A stretch of 64,000 bases of DNA from an uncultured Solirubrobacterales bacterium (GCA_963797905.1 CAWCRB010000001.1:185286-249285), one strand, 5' to 3'. Counted from the stretch's first letter, positions 32,204 through 43,962 are shown. Made by a program: numbers and translations. Notes: a model not told the origin generated them from the letters alone.

Positions 32204-32776
32204 ATGCCACTCGACGCTCATACGGCCGCCCGTGAGGCGCTCCTCGCCGAGTTGCGCGACCACGCGCTCGTGATCGGCGAGGTGACGCTCACCAGCGGAG
32301 CGACGGCCCAGTACCTCGTCGACGCCAAGCGGGCGATCCTCAGGCCACGCGGGTTCGCCGCGCTGGCCGAGCTCGTCGCTGCGCAGGCCGCCGAATGGGG
32401 CGCGACCGCCGCCGGCGGGATGACGATGGGTGCCGACCCGATCGCCTGCGCCGCGCTCGCCGGCGGAGCCGATGTGAAGGCGTTCTTCGTGCGCAAGGAG
32501 GCGAAGACCCACGGCCTCTCGCGGCGGATCGAGGGTCCGGTGCTCGACGCCGGCGACCGGTGCCTGCTGCTCGAGGACGTCGTCACGACCGGCGGCTCGA
32601 CGATCCGGGCGATGGACGCCGTGCGCGAGGAGGGCCACGAGCTGTGCGGCGTGCTCGCGATCTGCGACCGGCTCGCGGGCGGCGCGGCCGCGATCGAGGC
32701 TTCGGCCGGGCCCGGCGTCCCATACCTCGCGCTGACGACGATCGACGACGTCTACCCCGAGCGGCCCGACCGCTGA
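32204..32776 (+). CDS. pyrE: Orotate phosphoribosyltransferase
   Basis: TLTSG, VRKEAKTHG and LLEDVVTTGGS. Confidence 0.92.
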   Translation: MPLDAHTAAREALLAELRDHALVIGEVTLTSGATAQYLVDAKRAILRPRGFAALAELVAAQAAEWGATAAGGMTMGADPIACAALAGGADVKAFFVRKEAKTHGLSRRIEGPVLDAGDRCLLLEDVVTTGGSTIRAMDAVREEGHELCGVLAICDRLAGGAAAIEASAGPGVPYLALTTIDDVYPERPDR

Positions 32777-32810
32777 CGGCGCCGGCGCCCGTCCGGGTGC
32801 CCGGGGGCGG

Positions 32811-34199
32811 TCAGTGCGGGAGGGCGAGGCAGCTCGCCGTGTGTTGATGGAGCGCGCGGATCCGCCACCCGCGGCGTGAGGTGGGGGTGAACAGGACGAT
32901 CGGCCGGCCGCTGGCGATCGCGCGTGGGAACTTCCATCCGATCCGGGCGACGTTGATGTTGAGGCTCCAGCTGAGGATCGACTGGTACTCGAGCATCGTC
33001 AGCGGCTCCCCGCAGGCCAGCAGCCGCTTCGCGCCACCGGCGGCGTTGATCGCGGTGGCGAGGCGGTTGATCTGGTCCGTGCGCGTCCGCTGGGCGGCGA
33101 GGTCGGTCCGCTCGTCGCGGGCGCGTGAGATCGCCGTCGGCACGAGCGCGCCGATCAGCACGGCGACGAGCAGCGCACCGGCCCACGCGGGCAGTGGAAC
33201 GCCCGGGAGTGGTCCCGCCAGCAGTCGGCCGACGAGCACGGCGGCGATCACCACGGTGACGCCCGAGGCCTCGAACAGGTACCGGGCGAGGCCCGGCCAG
33301 CCGCGCAGCGCAAAGCCGACCTCGACGAGCACCCACAGCACGACACCGGCGCACAGCAGCAGCACCGCCCGGTCGCGCCGCCACGCGGCCAGCGCAAACG
33401 ACAGCAGCGCCGCGATCTCCAGCGGCAGCGCGTGGAGATCGAGGTAGCGCTGCACGGTGCCGCCGATCTTGTTCGAGTGCAGGGCTCGGACCGAACCGAG
33501 CGCGTTGTCCCCGGCGACGAACGGCGAGCGAGAGGTGAGAGCCGGGATCCCGAACCACAGCGCGGCCATCGCCACCGCGACGCCGACCATGTACAGGCGC
33601 AGGTCAGAGCGCACGCGCCACAGCCAGAGCCCGTAGAGCCCGAGCGGGGCCCACACCTCGGGGCGACCGAGGCCGGCGAGGGCGCCGAGCGCGAACGCCC
33701 AGCGCGGCCGATCGTTGAGGTGGCAGTCGATCGCCCCCAGACAGAGGGCGACGATCATCGGGTCCGACTGCGCGCTGAGGATGTAGTGGGAGTAGTTCTG
33801 GATCCCGAGCAGCGTGATCCCGGCGAACGCGCCGGCTACCCAGCCCGCCCACCGGCGCTCGGGCGGTGCCGCCGTGAGGTGGTTGGCGATCCGGGCCGCG
33901 AACACCACGCCGCTGAGCGAGATCGCCACCGCGGTGATGAGCCACAGGATCACCTGGACGTGGCCGGCGAGCGCGAAGGGGACCGTGAATAGGTATGGCA
34001 GCGGCTTCCACGACGGCGCGGCGTTCGTGTTGAGCGACCACGAGATCGTCTGGCGGCCCCACGACAGCCATCCGTAGGGGTCGAACCCCGGCCGGGTGTG
34101 GGCCCAGAGGACGATCAGCGCGCTGAGGACGAGCAGCCCGGCGGCTGCGGCGATCACGGTCCGGCGATCACGGTGTGGGCTCCGGGCCGGGGTGCCCAT
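32811..34199 (-). CDS. Polytopic membrane protein, GT-C-like (paralog 2)
   Basis: PGFDPYGWLSWG, APSWKPLP, SAQSDP and LGRPE; about 11 TM segments; GGAGG RBS before ATG 34199. Confidence 0.6.
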   Translation of the reverse strand: MGTPARSPHRDRRTVIAAAAGLLVLSALIVLWAHTRPGFDPYGWLSWGRQTISWSLNTNAAPSWKPLPYLFTVPFALAGHVQVILWLITAVAISLSGVVFAARIANHLTAAPPERRWAGWVAGAFAGITLLGIQNYSHYILSAQSDPMIVALCLGAIDCHLNDRPRWAFALGALAGLGRPEVWAPLGLYGLWLWRVRSDLRLYMVGVAVAMAALWFGIPALTSRSPFVAGDNALGSVRALHSNKIGGTVQRYLDLHALPLEIAALLSFALAAWRRDRAVLLLCAGVVLWVLVEVGFALRGWPGLARYLFEASGVTVVIAAVLVGRLLAGPLPGVPLPAWAGALLVAVLIGALVPTAISRARDERTDLAAQRTRTDQINRLATAINAAGGAKRLLACGEPLTMLEYQSILSWSLNINVARIGWKFPRAIASGRPIVLFTPTSRRGWRIRALHQHTASCLALPH

Positions 34200-34221
34200 C
34201 GGGCCTCCGCGCGTGGTCAGC

Positions 34222-35774
34222 TCAGGAGAGGTTGCCGCGGATGTAGTGCCGGCGGACGCCGGAGGGGTGACGGGAGGTGAAGACAAACGAGCCCTTCATC
34301 GCTCGGCACGCCGCGTAGTCGGAGCGGTGGTGCCGGAGGTGCCAGGGAAGCACAGACCAGCCCGTTGGCGAGCGGCACGAACACCATGCGCGGCGAGTGG
34401 CCGCGCATGTCCCGCGGCGGATGGTGGCCGATCGGGGCGACGTTCATGTGCATGGCGTAGGCCAGCGGCGACATGAACCGGACCGTGATCGAGAGGCGGC
34501 CGCACCGGCGGATCGCCAGCGGGCCGCCGAGGCGGGTGACGACCGCATCGAGCCGGAGGATCTGGTCGGTGCGAGCCCGCTCGAGCGTGAGGTTGGAGTG
34601 CTCGGCGCGCACGCGTGCGGCAGCGCCGGGGACGAGCGTGGCGAGCAGTCACGACGGCGAGCACCGGGCCGGCCACCTGCGGCACGCGGATCCGCTCGAG
34701 GCCCGGGAGCGCGGCGGCCACCCATCCGATCAGGACGGCGGCGAGCACCGGCATGATCGCTCCGGCCTCGTACATGTACCGGGGCAGGCCGGCCCAGCCG
34801 TGGAGGGAGAAGGCCACCTCGACGAGGACCCACACGATTGCGCCGCCGGCGAGCAGCAGGATCGGGAGGTTCCGGCGCCAGACGCCGAGCAGCGTGGCGC
34901 CGAGGGCCATCAGCAGCACCGGCAGGTAGTTGAGCTCGGTGAAGCGGCCGATCGTGCCGAGGATGATGTTGTGGTGGAGTTGGCGCGGGGAGTTGAGCGC
35001 GAGCTTCGCCGACACGTTCGGCTCGCCGTTGGTGATCGTCGGGATGCCGAACCACAGGCCCAGGACCACGGCCCAGCCGAGCAGCACGGGCCAGCGCATT
35101 CCCGGGATCCGACGCCACGCCCACACCGAGTAGACGCCGAGCAGCAGCCACCCCTCGGGGCGGCCGAGCGCGGCCATCGTCGCGCACGCCATCGCCCAGC
35201 GCGGACGGCCGCGGAACTGGCAGTCGATCGCGGCGAGGACGAAGGTGACGATCACCGGGTCCGACTGCGCGCTGAGGATGTAGTGGGTGTAGTCCTCGAT
35301 CCCGAGCAGCCCGAGGCCGGCCACGACCGCGGCGAGGATCGCCGGCCGGCCCGAGAATCCGAGCGTCTCGCACACGCGGTACGCGATCCGGCCGGCGAAG
35401 ATCGTCCCGGCCAGCGACATCGCCACGGCGGCGGTCATCCACAGCGTCACCTGGGTGTGGCCGAACAGCGCGAACGGCGTCGTGAACAGCCACGGCAGCG
35501 GCTTCCACGACGGGGCGCCCCCGAGGTTGAGGCTGAGATGGATCGTCTGGTAGCCCCAGGTGAGCCAGCCGAAGGAGTCGAAGCTCGGGCGGGTGTACGC
35601 CCAGCGGACGATCACGTAGGAGAGGATCAGCAGCGCGACGCCGCTGCCGACCCAGGGGCCGGCGCTCTGTACCCAGGCGGGGGTGTTCAAGCGCGCGCGC
35701 CCAGGGACGCCCGGGCGCATCGAAGGCCCGGACGCGGTCGCCGGCTCGGCCGCTCCCAGAAATGACTGCTCCAT
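34222..35774 (-). CDS. Polytopic membrane protein, GT-C-like (paralog 1), frameshifts near 34640 and 34360
   Basis: PSFDSFGWLTWG, APSWKPLP, SAQSDP and LGRPE; C-terminal RARTDQI...CG segment continues in another frame. Confidence 0.6.
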
Positions 35775-35850
35775 GAGGAGGGCCGAACGTAACCGCGGAT
35801 CCTAAAGATCTCCTTGAGAGCAGGGATTTATGGAGCCGTAAGGCTGGCGA

Positions 35851-35922
35851 TACCCCCGGCAGGAATCGAACCTGCATCCCGCGCTTAGGAGGCGCGTGCT
35901 CTATCCATTGAGCTACGAGGGC
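35851..35922 (-). tRNA. tRNA-Arg (CCT)
   Basis: GCCCTCG acceptor stem, AGCTCAATGGATAGAGC D-arm, CGCGC-CT CCT AA-GCGCG anticodon arm and GGTTCGATTCC T-arm; CCA not encoded. Confidence 0.97.
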
Positions 35923-36182
35923 CTGGCGGCGTGTGGGACCGCGCTCGCGACGCGGCGCGATCGGCACGGCGCTGCGGCGGAGCCTATCTGGCGCCCTCGC
36001 GACGATCGCCGATCGTCGAAACTCGCCGTTGCGGATGACCTCGCCCAACGGACGTGCGCCCGATCGGCGGGGCGCCTTTACGGCCAGGTTAGGACAGGAT
36101 GCATCCCGGCCAACGCTGTGGTTAGCTCCGGCCCAGTGCGGAAGGGAATGGAGCGCCGGCAGGGAAGTCCGACCTCGGCCAT

Positions 36183-37359
36183 ATGAGCGTCGGCACATCA
36201 GAGCTCCTCGTCGAGAACGAGGCCGCCCTCGACATCGTCGACATCAGTGGCGGCGACATCAGCGCCCGCTCGCCCTGGGCGCTGTTCTGGCGGCGGTTCC
36301 GGGCCGACCGGGTCGCCGTCGTCTCGGGCCTGTTCATCATCGCCCTGATCCTCGTTGCAGTGTTCGCGCCCGTGGTGACGGGCATCGTCGGTGCGCCCGG
36401 TCCGAACACACCCGACCAGAACGCCGTCAACCAGTTCGGCCTGCCGAGCGGCCCGGCCCACAACGCTCTGTGGCCGTTCATCGCCGTGATCGCCGGCGTG
36501 CTCGTCGCCGTCGTCCTGCGCCTGACGCCGTGGCGGGTGGCCCGGACCCGCGGCGCGGCCGCGGCGCTCGTCATCGGACTGATCGCCGGGGTCGTGCTGG
36601 CGATCGCGTTCTGGTCCGGCGCCAAGCACATCTTCGGCGTCGACCTCGACCACTACGACGTCTTCTCCCGGGTGGTCTACGGCGCCCGCACCTCGCTCGA
36701 GGTCGCGATCCTGGCCACCGGGATCTCGATGGTCATCGGCGTCACGCTGGGGATGCTCGCCGGCTTCTACCGCGGCTGGGTCGACATGGCCATCAGCCGC
36801 GTGATCGATGCGCTGCTCGCGTTTCCGATCCTGCTGCTCGCCCTCGGAGTCGGCGCGGCCTGCTCGATCGGCGCCGCCGGCAAGCCGTCGCAGGGCTGCC
36901 TCGGCGGCGTGCTCAAGCCCGGCCTGCCGGTCGTGATCGCGGTGATCGCGTTCGTCAACTGGACCTACATCGCGCGGATCGTGCGCGGCCAGGTCCTGTC
37001 GATGCGCGAGCGCGAGTTCGTCGAGGCCAGCCGGTCGCTCGGAGCCTCCAACCGCCGCATCGTCTTCCGCGAGATCCTGCCCAACCTCGTCGCCCCGATC
37101 ATCGTCTACGCGACCCTGATGATCCCGACCAACGTGCTGTTCGAGGCCGCCCTCTCCTATCTCGGAGTCGGCGTCCCGCCGACCACGGCGAGCTGGGGCA
37201 AGATGCTCTCCGACGCGAGCAGCGGGAACCTCGGCATCAACACCGTGTGGTGGCTGATGCTGTTCCCCGGGCGTCGCGCTGCTCATCACCGTGCTCGCGT
37301 TCAACCTGCTCGGGGACGGGCTCCAGGACGCACTGAATCCGAAGGCGGATCGGGCATGA
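36183..37359 (+). CDS. Peptide/nickel ABC transporter permease (DppC/OppC), frameshift near 37270
   Basis: [11 protein letters not shown] and [11 protein letters not shown]; true end [14 protein letters not shown] is in a shifted frame. Confidence 0.9.
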
Positions 37360-37414
37360 GGGAACCGGGGCGGACACACCAAGGGGCATCTCACCATCCA
37401 ACGAAAGGAACAGC

Positions 37415-39186
37415 ATGAACAGGCTGATGCGGATCACGCCGCTGCTGATCGCAGCGAGCGTCGCCGTCATCGCGCTGTCGGCTTGCGGCTCGAGCAGCAG
37501 TAGCAGCAGCTCGGGCGCGAGTGCCTCGTCGACGAGCGGCGCCAACGGCGGCGTCATCACCGTCCTCGACGTCGCCGGCGGCGTGGACAGTCTCGACCCC
37601 GGCTACTGGTACTACCAGACCGACTACGCCGATCTGAGCGAGCCGACCCAGCGGCAGCTGTACTACTGGGCACCGAACTCCCTGCAACCGGGGCTCGACC
37701 TCGCGACCAGCCTGCCCGTCTCCAGCGACGGCGGGAAGACGCTGACGATCCACATCCGGCCGGGCATCAAGTACAGCCCGCCGCTGCAGTCCCGGACCGT
37801 CACCGCCGCCGACATCAAGTACGGCCTCGATCGCTGCTTCGACGCCAACGTCGGCAACGGCTACGCCGGCTCGTACTTCGGCCACATCGTCGGTGCCCCC
37901 AGCACGCTGCCGAGCTCGGTCCCGAACGTGTCCGGGATCCAGGCTCCCAACGCCACGACGCTCGTGATCAAGACGACACAGCCCGTCGGCGTGCTCGCCA
38001 ACGGCCAGGCGCTCGCGCTGCCGTGCACGACGCCGGTGCCCGAGAGCTACGCGGCCAAGTACGACAAGGGCGCAACGCCGTCCTACGGGCAGCACCAGGT
38101 GTTCACCGGCCCGTACATGATCAAGGGTGCCGGGAGCGGCACGGTGCCGGCCGCAGGGCTACACCGCGAACAAGATCCTCGATCTCGTGCGCAACCCGAG
38201 CTGGGTCCGGTCGACCGACCCCCGCCCGGCGCACTTCAACGAGATCGTGATCAAGGAGGGCTACCAGCCCGAGGGCGCCTCGCAGTCGATCCTCACCGGC
38301 CAGAGCCTGCTCAGCGGTGACTTCGCCGCGCCCCCGCCGGACATCGCCCAGAAGTACCTGCAGAGCAAGGCGAGCCAGTTCCACGTCGAGCCGAGCCAGA
38401 GCATCCGGTACATCGCGATGAACCCGAAGATCAAGCCGCTGGACAACATCAACGTCCGCAAGGCGATCATCGCGGCGACCGACCGCGACGGCGCTGGTGC
38501 TCACGCGCGGCGGCAAGTACATCGGCCTGCCGGCGACGCACATGATCCCGCCGGAGATGCAGGGCTTCGACCAGTCCGGCGGCAACGCCGGCCCGGGCAA
38601 CGACTACTACGCCAACCCGGCGGGGAACCTCGCCCTGGCGGAGTCGTACATGAAGAAGGCCGGCTACCCGTCGGGCAAGTACACCGGTCCGACGCTGCTC
38701 GCGGTCGGTGACAACTCCTCGCCGGCGAAGGAGACGGCCGAGACGTTCGTCCAGCAGATCAAGCAGCTCGGGTTCAACGTGCAGCTCACCGAGGTGCCGC
38801 ACAAGACGATGTACTCGAAGTTCTGCCAGGTTCCCAAGAGCCAGCCCGCGTTCTGCCCGAACATGGCCTGGGGCAAGGACTTCTTCGACTCGCAGTCGAT
38901 GGTCGACCCGCTGCTGAACGGGGCGAACATCGCCTCCAGCGGCAACAGCAACACCGCGCAGGCCAACGATCCGACGCTGAACAAGATGCTCGATTCGGCA
39001 TCGCAGATCATCGACGCGTCGGCCCGGGCGACGGCGTACGCGAACATCGACAAGTACGCCACGGCGCACGCGCTGTACGACGACTGGATCTGGGACAACC
39101 AGGTCAACCTCACGTCGAGCAACGTCAACGCCGTCTACAACAAGCAGAACACCGACTGGGATCTGGTCTTCAGCTCCCTGAAGTAG
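37415..39186 (+). CDS. Family 5 ABC substrate-binding lipoprotein (DppA/OppA-like), frameshifts near 38155 and 38490
   Basis: Lipobox LSAC plus poly-Ser; SLDPG, FTGPY, LVRNP and NVRKAI spread over three frames. Confidence 0.88.
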
Positions 39187-39192
39187 GGACCT

Positions 39193-39226
39193 GAGCCCCG
39201 CCGGCCGCCGCAGGCCGGCGGGGCTC
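39193..39226 (+). terminator. Stem-loop after the substrate-binding gene
   Basis: 14-bp stem gagccccgccggcc/ggccggcggggctc; intra-operon attenuator or stabiliser. Confidence 0.65.
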
Positions 39227-39251
39227 TCCCTGCACCGTCTGATCCAAGACC

Positions 39252-40211
39252 GTGACGCGCTACATCATCCGACGCCTGCTGTGGGTCATCGTCCTGATGC
39301 TCGTCGTCAGCTTCGTGACCTTCGTCGTCTTCTACCTGTTCCCGGCCGCCGACCCGGCCGCGCTGCGCGCGGGCAAGAACCCGTCGCTGATCCCGGTGAT
39401 CCGCCACAACCTCGGCCTCGACAAGCCGTTCTACGAGCAGTACTGGCTGTACCTCAAGCGGCTCGTGTTCCACTTCGACCTCGGCACCAGCTACGCCCAG
39501 GAGGGCGTGTCGGTGAAGAGCCAGATCTTCGACCGCCTTCCCGCGACGGCGTCGCTGGCGATCGGCGGAGCGATCGTGTGGCTCGTCGCCGGGATCGGGA
39601 TCGGGATCATCTCTGCGGTCAAGCGCCACTCGATCTTCGACCGCATGGCCATGGGCACGTCGCTCGTGGCGATCTCCGCGCCGGTCTTCTGGCTCGCGCT
39701 CCTGAGCCTCTTCCTGTTCGCCACCGACGTCGGCAAGGTCCCGATCTTCCCCGGCGCGGGCAGCTACGTCCCGATCTCGCAGGACTTCGGGAAGTGGTTC
39801 ACCTCGCTGCTGATGCCGTGGTTCGTCCTCGCCGCCTCGTTCGCGGCGATCTACGCCCGATTGCTCCGGGCCAACCTGATCGAGGTCATGTCCGAGGACT
39901 ATGTCCGCACCGCCCGCGCCAAGGGCCTCTCCGAACGCCGGGTGATCCTCCGTCACGGCCTGCGCGCGGCGATCACCCCGATCGTCACCGCGGCCGGCAT
40001 CGACATCGGCGTGCTGCTCGGCGGCGCGGTGCTCACCGAGACCGCGTTCAACATCCCCGGCATCGGCCGGCTGGCCTACGACTCGATCCAGAACGCCGAC
40101 CTTCCGATGATCCAGGGCACCGTCCTGTTCGGCGCGTTCTTCATCCTGATCGCCAACCTGGTCGTCGACATCCTCTATGCCTTCCTCGATCCCCGGGTGC
40201 GTTACTCGTGA
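39252..40211 (+). CDS. Peptide ABC transporter permease (DppB/OppB)
   Basis: RYIIRRL, DYVRTARAKGL and LDPRVR. Confidence 0.93.
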   Translation: MTRYIIRRLLWVIVLMLVVSFVTFVVFYLFPAADPAALRAGKNPSLIPVIRHNLGLDKPFYEQYWLYLKRLVFHFDLGTSYAQEGVSVKSQIFDRLPATASLAIGGAIVWLVAGIGIGIISAVKRHSIFDRMAMGTSLVAISAPVFWLALLSLFLFATDVGKVPIFPGAGSYVPISQDFGKWFTSLLMPWFVLAASFAAIYARLLRANLIEVMSEDYVRTARAKGLSERRVILRHGLRAAITPIVTAAGIDIGVLLGGAVLTETAFNIPGIGRLAYDSIQNADLPMIQGTVLFGAFFILIANLVVDILYAFLDPRVRYS

Positions 40212-41320
40212 GCGCGACCGTCGCCACCGACCTGCTCACCGTCGAGGACCTCCAGGTCCAGTTCCTCACCGCCGACGGCGTCGTCCGCGCGGTCGACGGT
40301 GTCTCCTATTCGGTGGCTCCCGGATCGACCCTCGGGATCGTGGGCGAGTCCGGCTCCGGCAAGACGGTGAGCTCGCTCACCACGATGGGCCTGACCCGCG
40401 GGCCGCGGACGCGCATCGCCGGCCGGATCAGCTTCGACGGCCGTGACCTTGTGGCCGCCTCGGGCGAGGAGCTGAAGTCGATCCGCGGCAACGAGATCGC
40501 GATGATCTTCCAGGACCCGCTGTCCTCGCTGCATCCGTTCTACAAGGTCGGGTGGCAGCTCGCGGAGATCATGCGCGCCCACCGCGAGATCTCCAAGGCG
40601 GCGGCCCACGACCGCGCGATCGAGCTGCTCGAGCTCGTCGGGATCCCGGATCCCCACCGCCGCGTCGACCAGTACCCGCACGAGTTCTCCGGCGGCATGC
40701 GCCAGCGGGCGATGATCGCGATGGCGCTCGCCAACGATCCGAAGGTGCTGATCGCCGACGAGCCGACGACGGCGCTCGACGTCACCGTGCAGGCCCAGAT
40801 CCTCGCCCTGCTCGAGGACCTTCAGGCGCGGCTCGGGACGGCAATCATCATCATCACCCACGACCTCGGCGTCGTGGCCGAGATCGCCGACGAGATCGCG
40901 GTGATGTACGCCGGCCGGATCGTCGAGCGCGGACCGGTGAGGGAGATCTTCGCCGCTCCCCAGCACCCGTACACGTGGGGCCTGCTGAAGTCGATCCCCC
41001 GCCTCGATACACCGCGCGGCGAGGAGCTCGTGCCGATCTCCGGTCGCCCGCCGAGCCTGATCCAGCCCCCGTCGGGCTGCCACTTCCACCCCCGCTGCCC
41101 CTACGCGATGGACCAGTGCAAGACCACCGACCCCCAGCTCGAACCAACGCCGGCTCCCGAGCATGAGGTGGCATGCCTGCTCGACCCCGCCACGAGGACG
41201 AGAACATGGGCTGACCTGCGCGAGGCACATGCGGCCTCCTCCAGCCGTCCCCTCGCGGCTCCTTCGAAAGCCGCCCGGCCCTCGTCCGGGAGCGCGGGGA
41301 CGGGGGAGGGAGCCGCATGA
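40208..41320 (+). CDS. Peptide ABC transporter ATP-binding protein (DppD/OppD)
   Basis: [25 protein letters not shown] and GCHFHPRC. Confidence 0.95.
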   Translation: MSATVATDLLTVEDLQVQFLTADGVVRAVDGVSYSVAPGSTLGIVGESGSGKTVSSLTTMGLTRGPRTRIAGRISFDGRDLVAASGEELKSIRGNEIAMIFQDPLSSLHPFYKVGWQLAEIMRAHREISKAAAHDRAIELLELVGIPDPHRRVDQYPHEFSGGMRQRAMIAMALANDPKVLIADEPTTALDVTVQAQILALLEDLQARLGTAIIIITHDLGVVAEIADEIAVMYAGRIVERGPVREIFAAPQHPYTWGLLKSIPRLDTPRGEELVPISGRPPSLIQPPSGCHFHPRCPYAMDQCKTTDPQLEPTPAPEHEVACLLDPATRTRTWADLREAHAASSSRPLAAPSKAARPSSGSAGTGEGAA

Positions 41321-42366
41321 GCGCGCAGTCTCCTGAGGCCCTGATCGAGGTCCGAGACCTGGTCAAGCACTTTCCAATCACGCGAGGCATCATTTTGCAG
41401 CGGCAGATCGGGGCGGTGAAGGCGGTCGACGGGATCTCGTTCGACGTGCTGAGGGGCGAGACGCTGGGGATCGTTGGGGAGACCGGCTGCGGGAAGAGCA
41501 CCACGGCGCGGCTGCTCGTCCGGCTGCTCGATCCGACCTCGGGGGCGATCCGGTTCGAGGGCGAGGACATCGCCCGCCACAAGGGCGCCGCGCTGAAGGG
41601 GCTCCGCCGCGAGGTCCAGATGGTCTTCCAGGACCCGTACTCCTCGCTCAACCCACGGAAGACCGTCGGGTCGATCATCGCGGACCCGTTCGTGATCCAC
41701 GGGATGCTGCGGACGGAGGCCGAGCGCAAGCGCCGCGTGCAGGAACTGATGGACCGGGTCGGGCTCAACCCCGAGCACTACAACCGCTACCCGCACGAGT
41801 TCTCCGGCGGCCAGCGGCAGCGGATCGGGGTGGCTCGCGCGATCGCGCTCGGGCCGAAACTGCTCGTCGCCGACGAGCCGGTGTCCGCGCTCGATGTCTC
41901 GATCCAGGCCCAGGTCCTCAATCTGCTCCGCGAGCTCCAGCGGGAGATGGGCCTCACGTTGATCTTCATCGCCCACGACCTCTCCGTCGTCCGCCACATG
42001 TGCGACCGGGTGATGGTCATGTACCTCGGGTCGGTGGTCGAGTCCGGCGCCAGCGACGATCTCTACTCGTTCCCCCGCCATCCGTACACCGGAGCGTTGC
42101 TCTCGGCCGTGCCGGTCCCCGATCCGACCGGCGCCCGGCGTGAACGACAACTCCTCACCGGCGACGTCCCGAGTCCCGCCAACCCGCCGTCGGCCTGCCG
42201 CTTCCACACGCGCTGCCCGAAGGCCCAGGCGCTGTGCGCTGAGGAGACGCCGGCGCTGACGACCAAGGGCGATGCCGGTTCGGGCACGCTGGCGGCCTGC
42301 CACTTCCCGCTCACCGAGGACGAGGTCCGCGAGCGCCTGCCCGCCGCCCTCGCCCACGGTCGCTGA
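41317..42366 (+). CDS. Peptide ABC transporter ATP-binding protein (DppF/OppF)
   Basis: [17 protein letters not shown] and DEPVSALD. Confidence 0.95.
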   Translation: MSAQSPEALIEVRDLVKHFPITRGIILQRQIGAVKAVDGISFDVLRGETLGIVGETGCGKSTTARLLVRLLDPTSGAIRFEGEDIARHKGAALKGLRREVQMVFQDPYSSLNPRKTVGSIIADPFVIHGMLRTEAERKRRVQELMDRVGLNPEHYNRYPHEFSGGQRQRIGVARAIALGPKLLVADEPVSALDVSIQAQVLNLLRELQREMGLTLIFIAHDLSVVRHMCDRVMVMYLGSVVESGASDDLYSFPRHPYTGALLSAVPVPDPTGARRERQLLTGDVPSPANPPSACRFHTRCPKAQALCAEETPALTTKGDAGSGTLAACHFPLTEDEVRERLPAALAHGR

Positions 42367-42375
42367 CCCGCGCGA

Positions 42376-43962
42376 TCAGCCGGTCGCGCGGGGAACGGTG
42401 AGCAGGGCCGCGCTCGCCGCCGGAAGCGTCACGGTGTAGTGGCCGGCGGCCGGGGTCAGCTTCGTCACGGTCCGCGTCCCGGTCAGCGTGCCGGTGGTGG
42501 TCGGCGCCGCGAACGACTGGCCGGCGAGTGTGCCGCCGGTCGTCGACGATGCCGAGGGCGCGATCAGCCGCTCGAGCTCCGCGCTGCGACGGGTCTGGCC
42601 GGCGACCGCGACCGCGACGGCGAGGCGGCGGTGGAGCGACTTGTTGATCAGCACGACCCGGACGGTGCCATTGCTCGCGCGTGTCGCCCAGACCTTGAGG
42701 CCGGGCAGGGGCGTCGCGAGCGCCGGGACGAGCCGCGAGCCGGCCGGCGCCGCCCGCGCGAACATCAGCATCCCCATGTAGGGCATCGCGACCCGTGCCG
42801 CCCACCGGCCGCCCGGGTCGGTGAAGCTGAACGGTGCGTAGCGCGCGCCCGGAAAGGTGTGGACGTTGACCCCATCGGCTCCCGCGCGGTGGAGCTCGAA
42901 CAGTGAATCGAGCATCCACAGGGCGGCCGCGAACGAGTTGCTCACCCCTCGCCGGCCCCCGCACGAGACCGAGCCCAGCTCGTCGATCCGGAAGGGCAGC
43001 CCGTGGGCGTGAGCCTCGGCCGCGTATTGGCTCACCCCGAGCGCGAGCCCCGTCGAGGCGTACGGGGTCAGCAGGTTGCGGATCGAGGCGTAGTTCCGGC
43101 GCCCGGGGTGCGCGAAGCAGCTGAGCGGATAGCGGTGGAAGGTGACCATCGCGAGCGTCCGCTCGTTGTTCAGGAACCGGCGCAGGTGGGTCATCCAGTG
43201 GTCGGTCCCGAGGGTCGGGCCGGCGAGCGGATACCCGTTCAGCCCGCCGCGGACGCGGTTGAAATCCCGCACGAAGGCCGGAAAGTCGTAGCCGTGCGTG
43301 CGGGCGAAGAACCTCTGGCCGGCGATCCGGTATGCGGCGAAGCTGGCGTAGTTCGATGGCTCGTTGCCGATCTCGAGCGCCTGGAGGTGCCCGCGGCCGA
43401 GCCCCGAGATCAGCGCGTGGGCCTCGGCGACGGCGACCGCGGGAAGCCCGGACTTGAGGTTGACGCCGGCGACCACTCGGGCGTGGAGCGCCCTGATGAG
43501 GGCTCGGGCGCTGGCCATCCACTCCGGGGTCAGGTCGTAGCTCACGCTGCGCGGCCGTGACACGCCGGCGATCGGCCACCAGGTCGCGTCGGTGCTGTCG
43601 CCGCCGATCCGCAGGACGGGCGAGCCGTCCGGCGCAACCGACCGCATCAGCTGAACGAGGACCGGGTTGATCCCGGCGGTCGCTGATCCGGCGTACCGGG
43701 TCACCGCCGAGTACTCGAGCGAGAAGCCGACGAAGCCCGGGGCGACGGGCCGCGAGACCGCGGAGCGGGTGTCGCCGACCACGACGGCGGCGTCGACCGG
43801 CGCCGTCCACGTCGGCGGATCGTGCACGACGACCGCGGGGCTCTGGGCGTCGGAATCCGGCAGCTCGCCGGAGACGGCCATCACCACGAGCGTGATCACC
43901 GTGCTCACGGCGAGCAGTGTGGCGGCGAGCCGCGCTCGCGCGAATGAGATCCTGTTTTCCAT
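42376..43962 (-). CDS. Glycoside hydrolase family 79-like (beta-glucuronidase/heparanase type), exported
   Basis: GFSLE, LRIGG, EIGNEP (acid/base), RIDELGS (nucleophile) and SNSFAAALW. Confidence 0.8.
   Translation of the reverse strand: MENRISFARARLAATLLAVSTVITLVVMAVSGELPDSDAQSPAVVVHDPPTWTAPVDAAVVVGDTRSAVSRPVAPGFVGFSLEYSAVTRYAGSATAGINPVLVQLMRSVAPDGSPVLRIGGDSTDATWWPIAGVSRPRSVSYDLTPEWMASARALIRALHARVVAGVNLKSGLPAVAVAEAHALISGLGRGHLQALEIGNEPSNYASFAAYRIAGQRFFARTHGYDFPAFVRDFNRVRGGLNGYPLAGPTLGTDHWMTHLRRFLNNERTLAMVTFHRYPLSCFAHPGRRNYASIRNLLTPYASTGLALGVSQYAAEAHAHGLPFRIDELGSVSCGGRRGVSNSFAAALWMLDSLFELHRAGADGVNVHTFPGARYAPFSFTDPGGRWAARVAMPYMGMLMFARAAPAGSRLVPALATPLPGLKVWATRASNGTVRVVLINKSLHRRLAVAVAVAGQTRRSAELERLIAPSASSTTGGTLAGQSFAAPTTTGTLTGTRTVTKLTPAAGHYTVTLPAASAALLTVPRATG

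Noticed and set aside
35775-35922. tRNA-Arg as an integration site for an island
   Set aside because: No integrase and no duplicated tRNA 3' end seen; flanking genes look native.
35923-36182. Cobalamin riboswitch before the ABC operon (AGGGAA, GGGAAG)
   Set aside because: The conserved CCCGC-ACTGT and GCCACTG elements are missing.
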